IMG/VR virus record: IMGVR_UViG_3300010373_000052 | Location: 1 to 58,198 of that record | Length of the DNA: 58,198 bases | Origin: a virus | Lineage: Duplodnaviria; Caudoviricetes | Direction: 5' to 3' (one strand) | Shown here: piece after piece, positions 15,474 through 25,854 of the stretch | How the letters are laid out: each line of letters starts with the position of its first letter | Position numbering within the stretch: the stretch's first letter is position 1 | Position numbers and translations under genes: made by a program | Notes under the pieces: generated by a model | Databases searched by the model: none | Told to the model about the DNA's origin: nothing | Seen by the model: only the letters and a program-made list of their open reading frames with translations

Positions 15474-17461
15474 TGGCTGACGGCCTCCATGATGAGCGAG
15501 CGGGTCGGGGCCGCGAAGGTGGTCGCACGAGCCTCGGCCACGAAGACGAGCGAACGGGTCGGTGCCGCGAAGATGACGGTGGGCGTCGTGGTCCCAGCGA
15601 CGACACCCGCAGCGGAGCCGGTGAGGGTCGCCGTGAACGAAGCGGTCGCGGGGACGCTGACCACGCCAACGGCACTCGCCGTGAGCGAGAAGGTCTCCGC
15701 GGCCGTGCCGACGCCCCCGGTCGTCCCGCTGGCCGTTGCCGTAAGGGTGACGACCTGTGACGCTTCGGCCGCGAGAGTTCCCGTGGCTGTCGAGGCGAGG
15801 GTGATGGAGTCCGATGCCGCGCCCGCGACCTTGACCGCTCCGACAGCGGCAGAGGTGAGGCTGATGGAATCCGACGCTGCCCCGGCAAGAGTCCCTGCGG
15901 CTGTCGCGGTGAGCGAGATGGATTGCGCCGCGGTTGCGGGAACGGTGACGACACCCACCGCCGTGGCAGTGAGCGAGAAGCCTTCGGACGCCGTCGACGG
16001 AACACCGACCGCACCCGTGGCCGCGCTGGTCAGCGAGGCCGAGAACGAACCCGACCCCCCGGTGCCACCAGTCCCCACGGCGGTCGCCGTGAGCGAGAAG
16101 GTCTCCGCGGCCGTGCCGTGGACCGTGACCGCCCCAGCGGCGGTAGAGGTCAGGCTGATGGACTGTGAGGCGCTAGCCGGAACGTGAACGGTTCCCGCGG
16201 CCGTCGCGGTCAGGCTGATGGACTGCGAGCCTGTCCCGGCCAGGGTTCCCGCGGCTGTCGCGGTGAGCGTGATGGCCTGCGAGGCAGTGGCTGGAACGTG
16301 AACGGTTCCCGCGGCTGTCCCGGTGAGGCTGTCTGAGCTCGACGCGGTTCCGGCCAGAGTCCCCGCGGCCGTTGCCGTGAGGCTGATGGTCTGACTGGCT
16401 GTAGCGGGGACGCCGACCTTACCCGTCGCGGACGCCGTGAGGGTATCCGTGCTGGCCGCGGTGGCCGGAACCGAGACCGTACCGACGGCTATCCCAGTGA
16501 GGGAGAACGACTCCGAACCGGTGGCTGCAAGGGTTCCCGCCGCCGACGAGGAAAGGGTGATGGTCTGGCTGGCTGTGCCAGCGACCCCCACCGCTCCAAC
16601 GGCTGCCGAGGTGAGGGTGATCGAGTCCGACGCGGTGCCCGCGACCGTGACCGTACCGGTGGCCGTGGCAGTGAGCGAGAAGGAATCGCTAGCGGTCCCG
16701 GCGAGAGTTCCGGCGGCTGTCGACGTGAGGGTGATCGACTGCGAGGCCGTGCCGGGCGTACCCGTAGACGCGGCCAGCACCTCGTAGGCGATCCACGCCC
16801 ACTGGGCCGACGAACTGCCGCCCTTGAGGTTGAGCGTCGCGGCCGTGCCGCCGGTGGTTGGCGTGAACGCGGACGTCGACGTGCCCAGCCACACCTCGCC
16901 GGCGAGGCTGTTGGTCGAATCGGCGTCCAAGATGTAGCAGGAGGTCCCGGCCGTCGGGGTGCCGGTGTTGGCGCCGTCGCTGCCGCTCATGACCAGCGCC
17001 GAACCGCTGGCGTTGGGGGTGAGGGCGTGCGAGACGGTCTGGCCGCCGTAGTTCCCCGAGGCGGTCGCGCCGATCGGGTTGGAGGTGTCCGCGTTCGACC
17101 AGACGTCGACCGAGACGTCGACCACCTGCACGTAGCCCGCGCCCGCGTGGTAGGTCACGGTGGCCGTCATGTTGGTCTGGGACGAAGCGGTGTAGGCCCA
17201 CCACGCCGTCACCGCCGACTCGTAGGTGGTGTTGGCCACCTGCAGAAACTTCGTCCACGTCAGGTGCGTGCCGAGCGAGTCGGTGATAGTGGCCGGGGTC
17301 GCGTTCCACCCGTTCGGGCCGTAGTCGTCCTGGGCGTAGCCAGTGACGATGATGACCGAGCCAGCCCCTGGCGAGAACGTCTTGGAAGTCTCCGAGACTG
17401 TATTGGTCCCGGTCCAACTCCCATTGTTTATCGCCGGCGCGGTCGCCCGCGAGAGGCTCAC
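15470..17461 (-). CDS. Tail fibre/whisker protein with ~19-21 aa Thr/Ala/Ser repeats
   Basis: Many copies of GTASQSISLTATAAGT(L/V)A after a beta-sandwich-like N-domain. Confidence 0.75.
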   Translation of the reverse strand: MSLSRATAPAINNGSWTGTNTVSETSKTFSPGAGSVIIVTGYAQDDYGPNGWNATPATITDSLGTHLTWTKFLQVANTTYESAVTAWWAYTASSQTNMTATVTYHAGAGYVQVVDVSVDVWSNADTSNPIGATASGNYGGQTVSHALTPNASGSALVMSGSDGANTGTPTAGTSCYILDADSTNSLAGEVWLGTSTSAFTPTTGGTAATLNLKGGSSSAQWAWIAYEVLAASTGTPGTASQSITLTSTAAGTLAGTASDSFSLTATATGTVTVAGTASDSITLTSAAVGAVGVAGTASQTITLSSSAAGTLAATGSESFSLTGIAVGTVSVPATAASTDTLTASATGKVGVPATASQTISLTATAAGTLAGTASSSDSLTGTAAGTVHVPATASQAITLTATAAGTLAGTGSQSISLTATAAGTVHVPASASQSISLTSTAAGAVTVHGTAAETFSLTATAVGTGGTGGSGSFSASLTSAATGAVGVPSTASEGFSLTATAVGVVTVPATAAQSISLTATAAGTLAGAASDSISLTSAAVGAVKVAGAASDSITLASTATGTLAAEASQVVTLTATASGTTGGVGTAAETFSLTASAVGVVSVPATASFTATLTGSAAGVVAGTTTPTVIFAAPTRSLVFVAEARATTFAAPTRSLIMEAVSQ

Positions 17462-17607
17462 GTGCCGACCCGCTTAGTCTGTTGACAGCTCCTGGTGCAG
17501 CTCGATGATCTGCTCGATGAGACTGTCATCATCGTCCCGGTCATCGCTCTCAGGCATCTGCCAGCTTCCAACGGCAACGGCGGTCATGCCTATCTGAACG
17601 CCGCCCA

Positions 17608-18111
17608 TTAGCCGGCCTGGGTGAGCGTGATAGCGGACGTGAACGTGACGTTGGCGCCGTTGGGAATCGACCCGGACAGACCAGAGGTCGCGCCGCCCGT
17701 CAGGTACGTGCCAGCGTGCGACGTGGCCCCGGTGTCAGTCCACAGACTGAAGTACGGGATGCCACTGGCCTGGGTGGCCAGCAGTGGGAACGTCTGCGTG
17801 TCGTTCGACGACACAACGCCGCTGCTCACTGAACCCCACGTCACCGCCATACGGGTGCCGGTGTACCCGCCAGAGGAATAACCGATCATGCCGGAACCCA
17901 CGATCTCGTTCGCTCCGGTGGTGCCCGGTGACGCTGTGTGGATGCCCATGTACAAGCCGGTCGTGGTGATCTGCCCGAGCATGTTCGACGCGTAGGTGGC
18001 GGACAGGTAGGTCAGCGCCATCGACGCACCAAGGAGCCGAGCGATTTCGGCCAACTCCTCGAGTTCTGGATCGCGGAAGTGGTATGGCTCGGGAATGATG
18101 AGGTTGGACAT
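17608..18111 (-). CDS. Virion fibre/structural protein (start 18111 or 18021)
   Basis: LYMGIHTASPGTTGANEI...Y.R.AVTW motif typical of small phage fibre proteins. Confidence 0.7.
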   Translation of the reverse strand: MSNLIIPEPYHFRDPELEELAEIARLLGASMALTYLSATYASNMLGQITTTGLYMGIHTASPGTTGANEIVGSGMIGYSSGGYTGTRMAVTWGSVSSGVVSSNDTQTFPLLATQASGIPYFSLWTDTGATSHAGTYLTGGATSGLSGSIPNGANVTFTSAITLTQAG

Positions 18112-18125
18112 TGGAAGGGTTCTCC

Positions 18126-18935
18126 TTAAAGCGGGGTCGGGCAGACGACCCGTCGACCGTTCTGCGTAAGGTTGAGGTTGCGGAGCATCACGTTGACGCC
18201 GGGCACAAGTTGCTTGGTCGGACAAGGGGTCCGGTACTCGACGTCGAAGACGGCCTTGTGGGCGTTGACATAGGGCTGCAGGTTGACGCACTCGTGGTAC
18301 TGGTAGCACTGCTCGTTGATGACGAAGTCGAAGTGGCTGACGAGCGCCGACGACTGGTCGTTGAAGTTCTTTTGCGCCACGCTCATGCCGAGCGAATGCA
18401 CTTCGGCAGCCACCCACTCGTCGTAGGCGATTTGATGCGCATTCGTGATGCGGAACCCGGTGGTGTTTTCCGAACCGTCCATGTTGTCCGGTTCCACGGC
18501 GTCAAATCCCTTGGCCGCGCACATCTTGAACCGGGCGGTCATGAGCCGCTGCAGGGTGGCGTAGTACGGACCCGCCGGACTCGTGTTCAACCACTTCTCA
18601 CCCGGCCAGCCGTTGTTCCTTCCTTTGAGCTGACGAGGGAACAGAGAAGCGTCGGGGCGCCAGTTCTCCCACGTGCCGACGTCGATGTAGCAGACGGCGT
18701 GGAGGCCCTGCGCGTGCCAGGCGGCGATCTGGGCGGCGGTGTTGTCGAACCCGTCGACGTCAACCCATGAGATCCCCGCCGGGAGCGTTGTCGGAGGAGA
18801 TGCGAGGACCCATTGCCAGGTTGAGTTCGTCGCTGGTGCCCATGTGTTGGCACCAGCGGCCCGTGCCGTGATCGGCGCCACCCAGACAGCGATAGCAGCG
18901 ATCACGGTGGCCAGCGTCAGGATTGACCGTCTCAT
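18126..18935 (-). CDS. GH114 endo-alpha-1,4-polygalactosaminidase-like, with signal peptide
   Basis: WQWVL, DVDGFD, VCYIDVGTWENWRPD, GWPGEKWL, KGFDAVEPDNMD, QKN, NEQC. Confidence 0.88.
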   Translation of the reverse strand: MRRSILTLATVIAAIAVWVAPITARAAGANTWAPATNSTWQWVLASPPTTLPAGISWVDVDGFDNTAAQIAAWHAQGLHAVCYIDVGTWENWRPDASLFPRQLKGRNNGWPGEKWLNTSPAGPYYATLQRLMTARFKMCAAKGFDAVEPDNMDGSENTTGFRITNAHQIAYDEWVAAEVHSLGMSVAQKNFNDQSSALVSHFDFVINEQCYQYHECVNLQPYVNAHKAVFDVEYRTPCPTKQLVPGVNVMLRNLNLTQNGRRVVCPTPL

Positions 18936-19017
18936 CGGTGCCGCCGGTCCCATGCCTTGATGACCACACCGACGGCGGCCATAGGCAGCAGGATTGCGAG
19001 GGCAATGCATCGGCGGA

Positions 19018-20691
19018 TCACGACAACGCGAACGTCAGGCCGGTCACCGGGAACGTCTCGTTGACGCCGCCCGTGTAGCAGACCTCAACGCCGTACTCGA
19101 GCTGCGTGGGCACGTCGCTCGCCTTGGCGAAACCGTGCGCGACCTCCCACTGGAAGGCGGCCAGCAGGTCCACCGAGCCCGACGACACCTGCGTGTCACG
19201 GAAGAACATCAGCTCGGAACCGTTGGCGTAGAAGTGGTACGGCACGCCGCCCAACGTGAGGGCATATCCGCCGGGTCCGTTGGCTTGGGTCACCCAGTAG
19301 GACTGGCCACCAGCCCACTGGTTCCAGATCATCGTCTCGTTGGCCCAGTTGTTCGTCCACAGGTCGTAGCCGGCGTCCCAGCCGTCCTTGCCGTTCGACT
19401 TGAAAGCCTCGGAGAAGGTCGAGGTGATGGAGTTGAATCCCGAGATGGGCTTGGTCGAGGCGGTGTTCCGCCCGCCGACGTCGTACTCGGTGTCCGGGTA
19501 GGTCTCGACCTGTCCACCGTCGTTGGGCTGGTTGCTGACCGCGTACCAACTCGACGCGCTGCACACATGGATGGACTGCGGCCCCGCTCCCCCGTTCCAC
19601 GCGTCCTGGTTGACCCACCAGGTCCCCGTCGAGTCGTTGTTCCACGTGTCGTGGGCGGCAGAACTGGACCAGACCGGATTGGTGCAGTTGCCCCCACTGG
19701 CTGGCTGAGTGGTCGTGGTAGTGGGCGCGACCGTGGTTGTGGTGGTCGAAGGAGCCGTTGTCGTGGTGGTGGTCCCCCCGTATTGCAGCACCACGCCCTG
19801 AATGTTGCTCTCTCCGCCGTCCGTCTCCCACGTGGCGGTCACGGGCGCCGAGGACTGGGCCACCTGCCAGGCTGCGGAGGTCCCGTTGAAGAATGACCAG
19901 TACCCGTGGTTGTAGTAGGTCCACGGGGCTGCAGGGCCGGTCTCGTAGGCATCCGCGGTGTCGGCCGCGACGAGCGCGACGTTCCCAGCCGCTCCGGGCG
20001 AAACGGTCCAACTCTGGTTGGCCAGGTAGCCCGGATTGGTGACCGTGCCACCACCGTTAACGAAGCCGGTCGCGGGCTGGTTGAACTCCACGGCGAAGGC
20101 GTCCCAGGCGTTGGTCGGGGTGTTGACCGTGAGCGTGTCAGCCGCACCCGTCGTGGAGGTGCAGACCCAAATCTCGTAGTCGGCGCCGTCGTTGTACGAG
20201 TTGACGAAGTGGAACGTGCCCATCCCCGAGGCGACGCTGGTGACGGTGTCGGTCTGCGTGCCGGGAGCGGTCAGCGTTTGGATGACGAGCACGACGGTGT
20301 GCCCGATTCCGGTGTTCTTCGCGAGCACCTGGTGGTACGTCCCGCTGCCGAGACTGGTGGTGTTCCCGGTGAAGGTGCCGGTGTCGTCAGCCTGCACGAA
20401 GGCCACCGTTGACCCTGACGGTTGCGTAGTCGTCGTGGTCGGAGGTGCCGTCGTGGTGGTTGTCGGCGCAGTTGTCGTCGTGGTCGTAGCGTTCGCCGCG
20501 CAGTTGACCGTCTCCGAGTTGGCAGCGACGTTTGTGTTCGTGAGCGCGTTCGGACAGGTGATGTTCACCCCGTTGCCGGGCTGCAGCGCCACCGTGGCCG
20601 ACGGGTTGGACGCCGCGAACACAGAGGTGATTGAGCCGACTACGACCAGTGACGCGACGAAGGCAACGACAGTCAATAGCCGTCTTTTCAC
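19018..20691 (-). CDS. Secreted multidomain protein with C-terminal GH12-like domain
   Basis: Signal peptide, Thr-rich linkers; NQDAW, VETYP, DAGYDLW, ETMIW, GSVDL, YGVEV. Confidence 0.75.
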   Translation of the reverse strand: MKRRLLTVVAFVASLVVVGSITSVFAASNPSATVALQPGNGVNITCPNALTNTNVAANSETVNCAANATTTTTTAPTTTTTAPPTTTTTQPSGSTVAFVQADDTGTFTGNTTSLGSGTYHQVLAKNTGIGHTVVLVIQTLTAPGTQTDTVTSVASGMGTFHFVNSYNDGADYEIWVCTSTTGAADTLTVNTPTNAWDAFAVEFNQPATGFVNGGGTVTNPGYLANQSWTVSPGAAGNVALVAADTADAYETGPAAPWTYYNHGYWSFFNGTSAAWQVAQSSAPVTATWETDGGESNIQGVVLQYGGTTTTTTAPSTTTTTVAPTTTTTQPASGGNCTNPVWSSSAAHDTWNNDSTGTWWVNQDAWNGGAGPQSIHVCSASSWYAVSNQPNDGGQVETYPDTEYDVGGRNTASTKPISGFNSITSTFSEAFKSNGKDGWDAGYDLWTNNWANETMIWNQWAGGQSYWVTQANGPGGYALTLGGVPYHFYANGSELMFFRDTQVSSGSVDLLAAFQWEVAHGFAKASDVPTQLEYGVEVCYTGGVNETFPVTGLTFALS

Positions 20692-20792
20692 GAAATCTCC
20701 TCTGTGTCGGTATCGCTTGATGCACGTCCCGATGACCCACATCGCGAAAAAAACGGGTGCTAGTGGGAAGACCCACCACGACGGGCGAACCC

Positions 20793-21224
20793 TCACGTGA
20801 TGAGCCCTCTCACGAAATGCTCGGCCTCGTAGTCCGATACCGATGCGTTGTGGACTCCACCTGGCCCACGGTGATGGAACCGGCAACGAAACTCGAGGTT
20901 CTGTCCCGTCTCCGCCCACTTACCAAGGGTTGACTTCGAGATGCCGGGGTAGCGGGGCTCGAGGAGAGCCATGTCGACCTCGTTGAGCATCGCCCATTCG
21001 ACGTGACTATGGTGCAGCTCCAGCGGGTGTTCTTTGTCGCATTCGGAGTCGTCACCACCACGCTCGACGGCGAATGCACAGCGCGCGGTGGCGATGTGCG
21101 CCTTCCGGTAATGCTCGAAGTCCACGTACGCGGGGTCGCCATCTCGCGGACCATGCTCTGGGTACACCACCGTATAGCGATGGGTGACCGCCTGCTCGTG
21201 CGCTGGCACGTCGTTACTCGGCAT
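20793..21224 (-). CDS. HNH-like hypothetical protein
   Basis: C..C..LELHH...NL..RCRFHH..GVH. Confidence 0.55.
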   Translation of the reverse strand: MPSNDVPAHEQAVTHRYTVVYPEHGPRDGDPAYVDFEHYRKAHIATARCAFAVERGGDDSECDKEHPLELHHSHVEWAMLNEVDMALLEPRYPGISKSTLGKWAETGQNLEFRCRFHHRGPGGVHNASVSDYEAEHFVRGLIT

Positions 21225-21405
21225 GGTCCTCCATCGGCCACCGAAGATGGACGGCCAGGGCGGTGACGAGGCTCGGTCCGAGCCATCGGTGACGGGCCGA
21301 GAGCTGCGAGAGCGTCGGTGAGCGGCGGGTCACGATGGCTACGGACTCATACGCGCACAGGATGGCCGTCCCCATGCGCAGCGCCGGGTAGATCCGGCGC
21401 ACGGG

Positions 21406-21678
21406 TCAGCTCTTGGCGACGGGGACCTTCCCGCCGGCCACGGGGAGCACGCCGAAGTGCTCGAGGAGGTTCTGGGCGCTGGTCACTGTCAGGACGAACC
21501 CAGCGACAATGGCAGCCACCTTGGACGCCTGCGTGCCGGTCAGTCCCAGTCCACCGATCAGCGTCGGCTCGGCCGCGCCGAAGGCGATAACCGTCTGGAT
21601 GATCGTCCGCAACACCCGTGCGATGGGGCTGACGGTGACGACGGTCGTAGTCGTCGTGATGTGAACGCGTTGGCTCAT
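21406..21678 (-). CDS. Holin-like protein
   Basis: RVLRTIIQT followed by two TM segments. Confidence 0.7.
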   Translation of the reverse strand: MSQRVHITTTTTVVTVSPIARVLRTIIQTVIAFGAAEPTLIGGLGLTGTQASKVAAIVAGFVLTVTSAQNLLEHFGVLPVAGGKVPVAKS

Positions 21679-21996
21679 GGTTCTCCTAGTTCTCGGAACT
21701 CTTCGAGGTGGTCGTCACACAGACCGATGTCGTTGACGGGGGGTCGCTTGCACTGGTAGTAGCCGACCTTCGCCCAGCATTTGTTGACGTTAAGGTACAG
21801 GCCAGGACTGATGGCGGGGATGGCGGCGGGAAGGTTCACGCGAACTCGACCCCCACGGGGTTGCCATCCTCATCCATGTCGACCATCACACAGCTGTCCT
21901 CATCGAATGAGATGGTTCGAGCGACGGGGTGATCCGACAAATAGACGTAACGTGAACCAAACTCGCGATCGATCGTCAGCCTCGGGAACTCGGCCA

Positions 21997-22710
21997 CTAC
22001 GCGGCCAGCTTGTTGAGGTCGGCTTCCAACGCCGCGAGGGAAACCCCGCGGGCGTCCCCGTTGCGGGCCACCAGTTCTCCGGTGATAACGCTCCACGCCT
22101 CGCTCGACATCATGTGCCACGCCGAGTAGGAGATGGGCTGCACGCCGCCCCAAGTCACGGCGTAGAGGAACGAGTCGTCGTAGCCGCATAGGGGGATACA
22201 GTGCCCGCCGAGCACCTGGCTTTGCAGGTCCGAGGCAATCCACGGCTTGTGCTGGGCGAAAGCCGCCTGCATCGCCTCGGTGACCATGATGCCCGTGTAG
22301 ACGAACCCGTAGAGCATGATGGCCGTCTGCAACGTCGGCACGTCGTGGACGGCCACCGGGGCGTAGGCCTTGACCGAGTGGCCGAAATAGCCGTGCGTCC
22401 GCACGTAGGCCAGGTACTGGCTGAGCACGACGCCCGTGTCCTGGTTGTTCGTGTACCGGAAGTAGTAGGCGATGGCTTGCTGGTCGGTCGCCTCGGGCTC
22501 CTGCTCATGCGTCATGGCCGCGTCGCACATGAACCCGTGCTCGAGCCCGGCCACGCCGCAGTCCCCGAACTGGTCGTTGCCGAGCATGCCCCAACTCGTC
22601 ACCGCTGGAACGGCAACCCTCGGTGCGGGCTTCGGCAGGTCTCCGGCGACGTAATAGTTGAGGTCGCGGAGACCCCCCGGAAAGACTGCGGGCAGACGGC
22701 CTAGCTTCAC
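21997..22710 (-). CDS. Papain-like cysteine peptidase
   Basis: GNDQFGDCGVAG, GGHCIPLCGYD, VTWG. Confidence 0.8.
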   Translation of the reverse strand: MKLGRLPAVFPGGLRDLNYYVAGDLPKPAPRVAVPAVTSWGMLGNDQFGDCGVAGLEHGFMCDAAMTHEQEPEATDQQAIAYYFRYTNNQDTGVVLSQYLAYVRTHGYFGHSVKAYAPVAVHDVPTLQTAIMLYGFVYTGIMVTEAMQAAFAQHKPWIASDLQSQVLGGHCIPLCGYDDSFLYAVTWGGVQPISYSAWHMMSSEAWSVITGELVARNGDARGVSLAALEADLNKLAA

Positions 22711-23009
22711 GCCGACACCGCCGTGCAGGTGGTCTCAATGGCTGGGGTCTGGACCGTGTATCTCGACGTGGTCGACAGGTAGCGCGTGCCGCCAGTGGTC
22801 CATGTGGTCTGCAGCTGTGGCCACCATTGGTACGGGTAGATGTAGTACCGATACGGATGGATGTCGTAGCACCCGCATGATGGACGCTGGGTCGCCGCTG
22901 ATTTTAGAAGACGGATGCAGTCCGACGTGGTCGGGTTCTCGCCGTGGTCCTCCCATGGAAGGTCGCACTCTGAGCAGATGGTCTTGACCACGACAGGCTT
23001 AGGCTTCAT
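22707..23009 (-). CDS. Hypothetical protein
   Basis: GGAGG RBS; coupled to peptidase gene. Confidence 0.5.
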   Translation of the reverse strand: MKPKPVVVKTICSECDLPWEDHGENPTTSDCIRLLKSAATQRPSCGCYDIHPYRYYIYPYQWWPQLQTTWTTGGTRYLSTTSRYTVQTPAIETTCTAVSA

Positions 23010-23144
23010 CCGACCTCCAGTTAGAAATAGTTAGACAAAGGACTGAGAGGAAGGGCCACCCGTCACCTGGTTCGGTCGGAGTGGCAGAACGTCGACAGAA
23101 ACCAGGCCGAAAATCCCGACGCCCTACGGACCTTCCTCTGAGAA

Positions 23145-23393
23145 CTAGCGAAGCTCGCGGATGGAGACGATGTTCACCCGCGGGACGAACAGGTACGATG
23201 CGATGTCGTTCGTGATGCCGTTGCGCGACATGACCAGCGTGACGCCTTGTCGATTCTGCGCGGCCAGGAGTCCCACGCTTGTGATGGGGACCGGCGTGGC
23301 GATGTGCGAAGGGTCGAACGGCTGCCAGCCGTCGTCACCGCCGTGGGCATCGCTCCATTCGACGCAGACCGGAGCCCAGAGCTTCAGCTTCAC
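23145..23393 (-). CDS. Conserved small phage protein
   Basis: VEWSDA...SVGLL...VPRVNIVSI pattern. Confidence 0.6.
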   Translation of the reverse strand: MKLKLWAPVCVEWSDAHGGDDGWQPFDPSHIATPVPITSVGLLAAQNRQGVTLVMSRNGITNDIASYLFVPRVNIVSIRELR

Positions 23394-23562
23394 GAACGTC
23401 CTTGACTGCAAATCTTCGCAACGTCGCGGAACACCTGCAGACACACGCTGTGGGCTTGCGAGTAGGTGTACTGCTTCCAGTTTCTATTCAGAGCTTCAGA
23501 AACAATGGTCTCGATGATGGCCACCCTGCTCTGGTCCGGCAGATCGTCGGTCATTTTGCTCC

Positions 23563-23934
23563 TCACGCGCGCCGCCACCGCTGCACGCGGTCGAGGCACT
23601 GGGCATAGCCGGAGATGTCCACGGCACTGTCGTGGTCGCTCGGCGTTTCGACCAGACGGGATTGCTTGACGCCGATAAGGCAGAGGGCGACCAGCTCGGG
23701 CGGCACGTCGGGTTCGCCCGAATCCCGCCACTTGTCGAGGATGGCTCCCCAGATGCGCCCGGCGCGGGAGAAGTCCTCCTCCGGTGGGCCGTAGACCGGA
23801 CCCCGCTCGTCGTCAACGAGGGCGAGGGCCTCGGCTTTCAGGGGAGTAAGGCTTGGGCATGTTGCTTGTCGAGTAGAACCGAGCCGTTGACGGTCAGTCG
23901 CCAGCGTGGTCGCCGCACTCCCATTGCCGAGCAA
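23563..23934 (-). CDS. DUF6378-like protein (start uncertain)
   Basis: R..VYGPPEEDFSR..IW, VALCL..VK.SR, DSAVDISGY. Confidence 0.75.
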   Translation of the reverse strand: MLGNGSAATTLATDRQRLGSTRQATCPSLTPLKAEALALVDDERGPVYGPPEEDFSRAGRIWGAILDKWRDSGEPDVPPELVALCLIGVKQSRLVETPSDHDSAVDISGYAQCLDRVQRWRRA

Positions 23935-24010
23935 TCCACTTCCTCCAGGGTCCAGTGGTCATGACGGGACAGCAGAGCTTCGAGAATGTGGGCGAGGGTG
24001 TCGGCGTCGG

Positions 24011-24865
24011 TCACGCGGCCCACCCGGCGTTGTAGCGCTTGGCCATGAACTTGGCGACCGGAACGCCCTCATAACGACGGCACAGATAGTCGAGGCTCAC
24101 TTCGAGAAGGCAGTAATCACCGCCAGCCACCTCATGGAGCACCAGAATCCCTCTCCATTCGCCTCGGCCCTGCGGGCCGCGATAATCCTCGTCGTGTAGG
24201 TAGCAACTGCCCGCCACGATTCCGCGTCGCCTTCCCGCGACGCTCTCCACCATGCCGACCTTGAGGCCCTGTTGGTGTCCCTGCACGAATGAGCACCCGA
24301 TCGTCTTGATCCGGGTCTCGATTTGACCGCTTACCGGCCTGCCGTTAGAGCTGTTCTGGAAATAGTGCGAATAGGCGACGCCGTCGATGACCTCGACCTC
24401 AAGGAAGTCATGGACCGTCCACCCGTGGTCCCCGTAGTTCAGGTCATCAACAGAGATGGTCCCGTCGAGCTTGGCGTCGAGGCTGACCGCCACGTTGATC
24501 CGGTTCTCATGGTTTCCGAGCAGGATTCGCTTGCCGCGTGGTTGCCACTGGCGCTCTTTGTTCTTGCGACGCTGCTTGTTCAGCCGGGTCAGGGGCAGAT
24601 TGAGTAGATCGAAACCAACGTTGGCGGCCTCGACATCTCGGCTGTACCTGCGTCCCTCCATCTCCCGCTTGCCACGGTCGTAGCTGGACAGGGACTCCAT
24701 GTGAGCGTGGTCGCCTAGGTGTATCCACTCGACGGAGTCTCGGTCCTTGAACTGGTCAACGAAGTACTGACCAATCCAGCCAAGGTGGTCGGTCGGAGTC
24801 CCAGGGGCAACCTGAGTGTCCGGCACAATCACATGGACAGGCAGCGACGGTTCCGACACCCGCAC
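24011..24865 (-). CDS. Calcineurin-like metallophosphoesterase
   Basis: PDTQ, HLGD, LGNHE, SHY, QGHQQ motifs. Confidence 0.85.
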   Translation of the reverse strand: MRVSEPSLPVHVIVPDTQVAPGTPTDHLGWIGQYFVDQFKDRDSVEWIHLGDHAHMESLSSYDRGKREMEGRRYSRDVEAANVGFDLLNLPLTRLNKQRRKNKERQWQPRGKRILLGNHENRINVAVSLDAKLDGTISVDDLNYGDHGWTVHDFLEVEVIDGVAYSHYFQNSSNGRPVSGQIETRIKTIGCSFVQGHQQGLKVGMVESVAGRRRGIVAGSCYLHDEDYRGPQGRGEWRGILVLHEVAGGDYCLLEVSLDYLCRRYEGVPVAKFMAKRYNAGWAA

Positions 24866-24888
24866 CTCCAGCTAGGCCAATAGGACGC

Positions 24889-25854
24889 TCAGTGGTGGGT
24901 TATGGCGGAGCCAATCCACACACCGAGAAATGTGCCGAAGAAGTTGGCCGCTGAGACCGCGCCGATGATGGTCAGCGACTTCTTCGTCCTCCACCCGTTG
25001 GTGATGATTTCCTCAAGGGCGAGGGCGGCACAGATGATGCCGGCGATCCAGCCGAGCACGTCGAACAGACCGGCAATGGGGGCGTTGAATCGGGCCTCGA
25101 AGATGACCATGCAGGTGCCCAGGATGTCCTGCACACACATGGCGGCGAAGGCGAGAAGGGCGATCTCGCGCAGGCTCCGCGACGTTGCAGGGTGTGTCAC
25201 TTGGTCAACTCGTCCGACCCGCCCAGTCGCTGCTGCGCCCCTTGGGCGTGAAGTGCTGCCTGCGATGCGCTGACCGCGTCGTAATCGGTGTCCCAGTTGG
25301 CGTAAATCGACAACACGAAGACGTAGAACACGCCAATCTTCAGCCATTCGGTTGGCCACAAGAACAGCATCACCGTTCCGGCTATGGCGTTGGCCATCCA
25401 GAACAGCATCATGGCGAGATGAAACTTGAACTGGAACAGGTGGTTGTACTCGAAGTCGTGAACGAACCGCTTGATCCAGTGGTGACGAGGACCCGCCATG
25501 TCAGTGCAGAAAGTTGATTACGAGGCCGGCGACGATGGCGGCACTCGCAAGGATGCCGGCGGCCCAGGCCAGGGTGGCTCTTTTGCGAGAGCGGTTGCTC
25601 TCGATGGCCACCTCCCTTGCCACCCCGGACTCGAGCGGGACGATGCGTGCCTCAACCCCGTCGATGCGTTGGTGGAGTTGGGTGACGTCGTCCTTCGTCG
25701 CCATCGAATCCAGGCGGCGGTCGATGGACTCGAGCCGGTCGTCCTGCTTGTCGAACCTACCCATGATGTCGGATTTCAGCTCCCCGTAGACTTCCTTCAC
25801 CGACCACGTATCGCCCGACGCGACGACGACGGCCGGGACCTGCTGCTCTGTCAC
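24889..25854 (-). CDS. Three small membrane proteins of the lysis cassette (about 24889-25200, 25197-25499, 25501-25854)
   Basis: Closely packed ORFs with 1-3 TM segments downstream of the endolysin. Confidence 0.6.

Noticed and set aside
15470-17461. Diversity-generating retroelement or invertible fibre system
   Set aside because: No reverse transcriptase, TR/VR pair or invertase seen; the repeats are protein-level
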